Program-made: the position numbers and the translations under genes
Shown here: piece by piece, positions 57,741 through 64,000 of the stretch
Numbering within the stretch: position 1 is the stretch's first letter
How the letters are laid out: the number at the start of each line of letters is the position of its first letter
DNA from: Alphaproteobacteria bacterium
Lineage (GTDB): Bacteria; Pseudomonadota; Alphaproteobacteria; MPNO01
Assembly: GCA_965248835.1 (NCBI GenBank)
Contig: CBDFLJ010000001.1
Location: 128,001 to 192,000 of the forward strand
Length of the DNA: 64,000 bases
Direction: 5' to 3'
The notes under the pieces: generated by a model
What the model saw: the letters and a program-made list of their open reading frames with translations, nothing else
What the model was told of the DNA's origin: nothing
Databases searched by the model: none

Positions 57741-58080
57741 GGCTTCAATACGGCTCCTGCGCCGCCTGATGGAGGCCCGCACGGTCAAGGCGGGGCGCGG
57801 CGTACGTACGCGCAGGTCCTGCGGCTGCCGGCGGCCTCAGGGACGAAGGACCTGCATGCCGCGCGGTGAAGACCGCTCTGCGCATGGGCGTGGTGGGCGT
57901 CAATGCGGTGAAGCACCTGGCGCTGTGCCGGGTCGAGAAGCGCCCGCCGAAGCGCGGACTCGATTTCTACCCGTTCCTGCCGAAGGCCGCTGTCGGCAAG
58001 ATCTCCGCCGCCGGCTACAGTGCCTGCTGTCGGAGGGTGCGGCATGACGGACACGCCCACATCCTGCCTGCGCATCGCCC
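57741..58080 (+). pseudogene. IS21-family relic (istA C-terminus and istB start)
   Basis: LRRLMEAR.VKAG, YAQVLRL, AAVKTALRMG..NAVKHLALCRVEKRPP..DFYPFLP, then MTDTP; several frameshifts. Confidence 0.7.
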
Positions 58081-58121
58081 ACGCCCGCTTCGCGCCGGTG
58101 GGTGTAGACCAGCACATTGGT

Positions 58122-58256
58122 GTCGAGGTGGTGCCCGATTCCGATCCACCCCGGCTCAGGCTAATTTTCGCCAATCCGGCCTATGCCAACTACACGTGCG
58201 ATCCCGAGGACGCCCATATTGTCGGCAAGGTGCTGTGGACCTTGAGACGTGTGTGA
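58122..58256 (+). pseudogene. C-terminal fragment of an S24 (CI/LexA-like) repressor
   Basis: VEVVPDSDPPRLRLIFANPAYANYTC...AHIVGKVLWTLRRV*. Confidence 0.7.
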
Positions 58257-58599
58257 CCGCCGATCCCGTGCTCAGAAGCGCAACTGCCCCAATCATGATG
58301 CCGTTCTCCGCGGTGGCGCTGTTGACCGCCTCGCGGCATTCACCCTCATGGCTCAGATTGAGTGACAACCAGAGCTCGCCACCGAGAACGGACGAGCTTT
58401 TGCCGAAAGCTACAGCTTGCCAGGCACAGCTGCGCCTTCGGGCGCCTCAAGCGGTCGGGTCGTCGATTTCTGCGGATTCCCACGCGATTCCACGGGGACT
58501 GTGACGCTTCCCCTTCTTTTAGCGAAGATCCCTGGCAAGTGAAGGGAATCCGCCAGACCCTACCGAAGACCGCCGATGACCAACCCGCCGACCAGCACA

Positions 58600-58784
58600 C
58601 CACCTCATATTGAGGCCACGATATGATCTCGAAGCCGCCTTAGAAAAATGTCGCCGCTTCCGTCCGGGCACGGCTCACCCGACGTGCTAGCGAGCGCAAG
58701 GAAAACGTTCAGCTCGCGCTCACGCGCTACGCCATCGAACGGCTCCCGCTGCTCGACATGCCGGCGCCGCGGCTGCGAGCCTAA
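58600..58784 (+). pseudogene. AbiE type IV toxin-antitoxin relic (possible AbiEi tail plus internally deleted AbiEii)
   Basis: PHIEATI* then KNVAASVRARLTRRASERKENVQLALTRYAIERL joined to PLLDMPAPRLRA*. Confidence 0.7.
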
Positions 58785-58973
58785 GGCACCCAATCGCGGC
58801 GGCAATGATGCGAGCTGTGATGGCAAGGCCGTGCAGGACGAAACACAGAAAAAGGACTGGAAGCCGCGGCGCAGGCGCGACCTTAAGCCGAAAATGTAGA
58901 GCTGGTAGAAAGACGAAGGCCGACTACCTCTTAAAGCTACACAATTGTGTATCCAACGGCTACACTCCGGCCG

Positions 58974-59171
58974 ATGAAGGACGTGGGGCTACGTATAAGG
59001 GTTCAGCGCGATCTGCGGGATCGTTTTGTCGCTGCATGCCGGGCGCAGGACAAACCTGCTGCTCAGGTGCTGCGCGAGTTCATGCACGCCTACATTGCTG
59101 AGCATGCGGAGCGGCCGGACAGCGAACCAGGACAGAGAGCGGGGTCCGCTGTCCGGAGGAAGCCCCGATGA
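58974..59171 (+). CDS. Small ribbon-helix-helix (CopG-like) protein
   Basis: MKDVGLRIRVQRDLRDRFVAACRAQDKPAAQVLREFM: beta-alpha-alpha pattern. Confidence 0.75.
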   Translation: MKDVGLRIRVQRDLRDRFVAACRAQDKPAAQVLREFMHAYIAEHAERPDSEPGQRAGSAVRRKPR

Positions 59172-59374
59172 CAAAGGCCAGCAAAAATCAGAATCCGGAG
59201 CAGATCGCAGACGACAATACCAACCTGGACGTATTCTGGCTCAAGGACAAAAGCCTGACCGACCTCGACAACCTGCCCGAGCCCGACGATATGGCCGAAG
59301 AGATCATCGAGAATCTGGAAGCCGGGCTGAATAGTTTCCGTGAGGTTTTGGCAGGGCTTGAGAAGGCCTCGTAA
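59168..59374 (+). pseudogene. 68-aa ORF consisting of a type I RM HsdM C-terminal segment
   Basis: NLDVFWLKDKSLTDLDNLPEPDDMAEEIIENLEAGLNSFREV; ATGA-coupled to the RHH gene. Confidence 0.7.
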
Positions 59375-60058
59375 CGATCTGACTTTGCGGGAACGGGGGT
59401 CTTGTGAACCTAAACGAATTAATCGCAGATACCAGGACGTCGCTGGACAAGACTATCAAGCAGCATATTGAGGCGGCGGGCTTCAGGCGCGATCAGAGAC
59501 AGCTTGCACGTTTTAAGTTCTGGACTGGAGCCGGCAATCAGCCACATCTGTGGGAGCATCAAAAGGCGGCTATCGCGACCGTCACCGCTTACCTCAACGG
59601 CGACAAGTCCATTCCGGAGCGGCCGGATCACACCGAGGCGGCGCTGCTAAAGCTTCCCACCGGCACCGGCAAGTCCGGCATCATCGCCGTCCTTGCCCGG
59701 TGCCTCCCGGCGATTCGCAAAGTCCTTATCCTTACCCCTCGTACAGCGTTGACCGAACAGCTCCTGCACGACATCAGATACCGTTTCTGGGGACATCTCG
59801 GCTACGAGATTCAGGACGGGGAGCTCTTCACTGCGGAGGCGGCCGCGTTCGGTGCAGCGCTTGAAAATGTCTATACCGAAACGTTTCTGCCGAGCCGCTG
59901 CCAGAGCATGTCCTTGCATCTGGAGACCTCTAACAACCGGGAGATTTGACGAAGATTTCGGTGTGCTGTCCGACTTTCGCTGAGATCGGCGGTGTTGACG
60001 TCCGCAATCCTCCGCCGTTTCGTTCTCGGCGGAGGGTTTTGGCGCTATTCGGGCGGAC

Positions 60059-61180
60059 TCATGCCATGGCGGCGCTGCGCTCATGGAAGATCAGACGCTG
60101 GAAATTATAAGCCAGGTTGGCGAGGCCGATCTTGGCCGCCGCCCGCTCGAGCCCGATGGTACGGACGAACAGGCCCATGCGATCCTTCTGCTGGGCGAAG
60201 ACGTGCTCGACATGCGCACGGACCGCTGACTTGCGGGCATTGGCCCGGGCGGTCGCCTTGGGCATGGCCCGGCCCGGCGGCTTCTTGCGGTGGATGTGGG
60301 AGACCCGACCCTTGCCGGCCAGCCACGCCTCGTTGGCCTTCGAGCGATAGGCGCTGTCGGCCCACACGCCGGCGGCCAGATTGTCGCCGGTGACGAGATG
60401 ACGCAACATCTTGCCGTCATGGCGGGCGGCATCGGTCACTGCCGAGCTGCGGATGAAGCCGTAGGCCCGGTCGATGACGATGTGGGCTGCGCGGGCTTAC
60501 GCCGCGCCACTGGCGCGACGGTCCTGCTCGCTGTAGCCGAACACCGGGATCGCGATGTCGGGCATGCGCCGTTGCGCCCCGGCGGGGTTCTTGCGCCGCC
60601 CGGTCTTCACCGTCCACCGCGCATCCGTGTCCTTCTGCGCCGCCTTGGCCGGCTGATCGGGCCAGATCTCGGATGCTCTCTTGCCTGCCTTGATCGCCGC
60701 CTTCTCGTCGTCGCTGTTGCGCTGCTTGGGCGCCGATACCAACGTCGCATCGACGATCTGCCCGCCCATCGCCAGATAGCCGCACCGGCGCAGTTCGCCA
60801 TCGAAGGCGGCAAACAGCTTATCCATCGCCCCGGCCCGGACCAGACGCTCGCGAAAGATCCATATGGTGTTGCGGTCCGGCGTCGGCGCTCCGAGATCGA
60901 AGCCCAGGAAGCGAAGCCAGCTCAAGCGGTCGCGGATCAGAAACTCCATCCGCTCGTCGCTCACCGTGTGCCGCGCGGCCAGGATCAGTACCTTGAACAT
61001 CGCCACCGCATCGTAGGCCGGGCGGCCGCCTTTCGATCCGTCCGAATAGCCCAGCGCCGCCTCAAGCGGCGCGCGGAAAATCTCGAAGTCGACGACCTGC
61101 GCCAGCACCTCCAACGGATCACCCGTCGCCGATAGCTTCCGAAGATGATCCGGTAAGCCGAACAGACCAGCCTGCCTCAT
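60059..61180 (-). pseudogene. IS5 transposase interrupted by an in-frame TAA within a short insert
   Basis: GGRPAYD, DRLSWLRFLG, GQIVDAT, QKDTDARW, PVFGY[insert]AHIVID, WADSAY, RAHVEHVFA; both halves in the same frame. Confidence 0.88.
60486..60532 (-). repeat. ~45-bp palindromic insert inside the transposase
   Basis: AGCGAGCAGGAC-CGTCGCGCCA-G-TGGCGCGGCG-TAAGCCCGCGCAGC lies where the FGY-K-x-H motif normally has one codon. Confidence 0.65.
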
Positions 61181-64000
61181 CAATACCCCCACTCGAATCG
61201 AACCACCGTAGAGAATCACAACCAGGCAAAATTCGCGAGGTAAATGGAGGCGTCCATCTTGACGACGTGGACCGTGCCATTCTGGTCGGCACGCATCAGG
61301 CGCTTGGCAACATCCGCAAGTCCGCTTGCGATCTGGATGAGCCTGATGAAGCTAGCCGTCGACTGCTCGATCAGATCAAGAACAGCTTTCATCTCGTTAT
61401 CGTTGATGAAGGACACTACGAACCGGCGGTATCGTGGTCACGCGGGGTCAGGGGCTTCAACCTGCCGACCCTGCTGCTGAGCGCCACGCCGTACCGCAAT
61501 GATTATAAGTCCTTCCGGGTGCGCGGCCGGTACGTCTTTAACTACCCTTACGCTGATGCCGTCCGCGATCGGATCATCCGCCCGGCCGAGATCGTGATTC
61601 CTAATATTGCTCCGGAAGGCGAGCGGCCGGCAGCGGTGAAACAGTTTGTGCGGATGCTCAGTGCGGAGTTGCCGCCACGGCTGGCGCAGACCGCGCGGTG
61701 GTTCAATGACGAAGACGCCATGCCCAAAGTGATGGTGCGCGCGGACGATCTCGATACTCTGGAACTTCTTCAGGCCGAGATCGACCGCGTCTTCGATACC
61801 CGGTCGGTGCTGGTACATGATCGCGCCAAAAAGACGGATCAGAATCCGAACAGATTCACGTCCGTATCGTCGGCCATCCGGGCGCGCGAAGATGCGCAAT
61901 TCTGGGTGCACCAGAGCAAACTGATGGAGGGCATCGATGATCCGTCCTTCGTCGCGGTGGCGATATTCGATCTGATGGGTAACGCCCGCCAGCTTGTGCA
62001 GCAGATCGGCCGCGCGACGCGCTATTCCAAAGGCGACAGGCGGCTGCGGCAAACCGGCTGGGTGTTCGGATCACCCGCCAATGCAAATCGTATTCAAACA
62101 TCCTGGAATCGCTACATCTCCTATGAAGAGTATGTGGCCCGCAACACCGCCTTCGTAGTGACCAATGAAGTCACCCTGCCGGATCGCCTTCTCGACTATA
62201 TGGCCGACTATCAGTACATCAGCGGCGAGTTCCGGGGACGATTCGAAGTTGAAGCGCCGCTTGCGGCACATGACATTCAGCTGCCGCGCTCCGCGGCTGT
62301 TCTGAGCCTGCGGGCACCGTTGGCCGACATTGCCGCGATAGCGGACACGGTTGAAGAGGCGATCATGGACAAGGATCGCTTCAAGATCACACCGATCGAG
62401 GGAATGCCCGAAAACGCAATCGGCTTTTCCTACTATGCGTGGCGCAATTCCTCTTACCCGGTGGATCGCTTTTTCTCGGAATGGAAGCTCGGCATCTTTA
62501 TCGCGGTGAAGCAGGGTCAGTTTGTCTTCATGCACGATACGGAAGGGCTGGTCGTCGATATGGACCGCCTCGGTTTGAAAAGGGCCGGCCGCTCCCTGAT
62601 GGAGAAGGCTTTCCCTGCGCAGGATGACGACACGACGACGAGGCTCTCGCGCATGTCGTTCTCATCGCTCGAGATGTCGCAGCAGACGATCCGCAGCATG
62701 GCGCTACGGACCCGTTCTTTCGAGGATGTCTTCACGGACCTGCTTGAACCCTCGCTTGTGCCTGCGACAGCCTTCGGCTTTGTGAACGGCATCGGCCGTT
62801 ATGTCGGATTTGCCCGCGCGCGCCTCCGCGAGGCGGTAGAGCGTTACGTCCCGACACAGGCGTATTTCGACTGGACAGCGCAGGTTGCGCGGGAGCTTGC
62901 CGACGCAGAGCGGAAAAGAAGCAACGTCTTTGGACGTTACGCGTCGGTGGTCGATGGTCTGTCGGAGGACGATGCCCAGCCCGTGTCCATTCTTCTCGAC
63001 CCGTCCCAGGATATGTTTCTCGATATGCGCGAGGACGAGGCTGTCGCGGCGGCCGCGATGGCCCAAGAGGATGTCGATTACGACGATCTTTGCGCAGATG
63101 TCGATCCGGAGACCGGTGGGTTTCTTGCCAGGATCAAAGCCGAGGATGTCCCGTGCACGATCGAGTACCAGGAGAAGACCGGTAAATACCGGCTTTACAG
63201 CGAGCGGCTCAACGAGCTGTTCCCGGTCAAGGAGGTCGATGGCCGGCGTCAGGGACAACCGCTCGTTCAGCGCCTGAATCAGGCCCAGGCGTTTCGGGTG
63301 CTGGTGCAGCGTAACGGCGTCGTCTATTCCGAAGGCAGCTTCTATGAGCCGCGCCTGCACTGGGTAACAGATAACGGCGCCCAGCCGGTGCTCGATTACA
63401 TCTTCGCGGCGGGCAGCCTGGTTGCTGTCGAGTCCGAAAAGGGCGAAGGCTATTTTGCGGCTGATCGCGCAGAGTGGCACAGGCGGTCGATATTCGGGCT
63501 GTTCGAAGCCGTCGCTGAAGGTCGGCTCGAAGCGCTGGGCATCGAAGCCGACGATCTCACAAACGCGATTTCCGGCTATCCAATATGGCTGTGCGACGAC
63601 GATTCCCAGGAAATCACCGATTTCATCGGCGCTGACGAGGAAGGTAAGCGGCTTGTGTTCGTTCACGCCAAGACGGGTGACATGGCTCCCGGCGGTCAGG
63701 GCTTCAACGTGCCAAGCCTTCAAGTGGTTGGCCGTCAGGCCCTTGCCAGTCTGGGATTTATCTCACGAGGAGATGCCTCGCCCAAATGGTCTGCAGAGCG
63801 CTGGGCCGATGACGTTCAGGCCAATGCCGTCAGGCTGGCAGGGCGCAACCGCATCTTTCGCAGTCCTCAAGGGTTGACCGCTGCCGCCCTGAATGAGCGG
63901 CTGTGCCAAGCCTGCCGTAACCCGTCCTTCGACAAAGAAATCTGGATTGTCGGCGCAAACATGACCCGGCGCGCGGCGTTGGCCGCAGGCCTCGCGGCGG

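Larger units (their letters stand above)
59922..61255 (-). mobile_element. IS5-family element, 1334 bp, 4-bp target duplication ATCT
   Basis: Imperfect IRs GGAGACCTC... / ...GAGGCGTCC; ATCT at 59918-59921 and 61256-61259; removal restores the helicase frame (SLHL|DDVDR). Confidence 0.9.
59404..64000 (+). pseudogene. Large SF2 (ResIII/DEAD-like) helicase with C-terminal PD-(D/E)xK-like nuclease, split by IS5; segments 59404-59921 and 61260->64000; runs off the window
   Basis: LWEHQ, LPTGTGKSG, ILTPR; after the IS: LVIVDEGH, LSATPYRND, KLMEGIDDP, QQIGRATR; C-terminal CDDDSQEITDFI..LVFVHAK..LQVVGRQA. No stop codon in this frame from 61261 to 64000 (translated by hand). Confidence 0.88.

Noticed and set aside
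57741-57754. GGCTTCAATACGGC resembles the reverse of a CRISPR repeat end (ATTGAAGC)
   Set aside because: Single occurrence, better explained as part of the IS21 istA relic.
60497-60499. In-frame stop in the transposase as possible programmed readthrough or recoding
   Set aside because: The stop is TAA and lies inside an inserted palindrome, so disruption is the simpler explanation.
61216-63877. Listed ORFs such as 61438-62052, 62071-62535 and 62704-63723
   Set aside because: They are shadows of the uninterrupted + strand helicase-nuclease frame.

Overview
GC-rich alphaproteobacterial chromosome segment (Rhodospirillales-like gene order, by inference). A housekeeping and catabolic core of about 5.9-57.6 kb is flanked by two decaying defence/mobile islands. 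Left island (1-5.6 kb): an orphan DUF433 antitoxin, an AT-richer dGTPase split by a tandem dimer of a 942-bp IS5-family element (TTA duplications), and ParE and zeta-like toxin pseudogenes. Core: OmpA lipoprotein, tctCBA with LLM/Rieske/amidohydrolase genes, a collapsed TRAP operon, ctaA, SAM-II riboswitch-metZ, apaG, folE, trkH, tRNA-Glu(CTC), rluD, rpoH, purA, hisZ, serA, serC, a shortened RpoH-like sigma factor, an FcbA-like CoA ligase, cca, a MoxR operon, a divergent and rearranged Paa-type diiron monooxygenase operon, a RidA/amidohydrolase-fold/P450/Mo-reductase operon, coq7 and dsbB. Right island (57.7-64 kb): IS21, S24-repressor, AbiE and HsdM relics, then a >1080-aa SF2 helicase-PD-(D/E)xK nuclease fusion. 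The ORF track shows only its N-terminal stub; it is split by a 1334-bp IS5 (ATCT duplication) whose transposase carries a small palindromic insert. Best candidates for an undescribed system: the helicase-nuclease fusion and the Paa-like/ARO-like/P450 oxygenase locus. All family calls are from motif recognition by eye; no searches were run.
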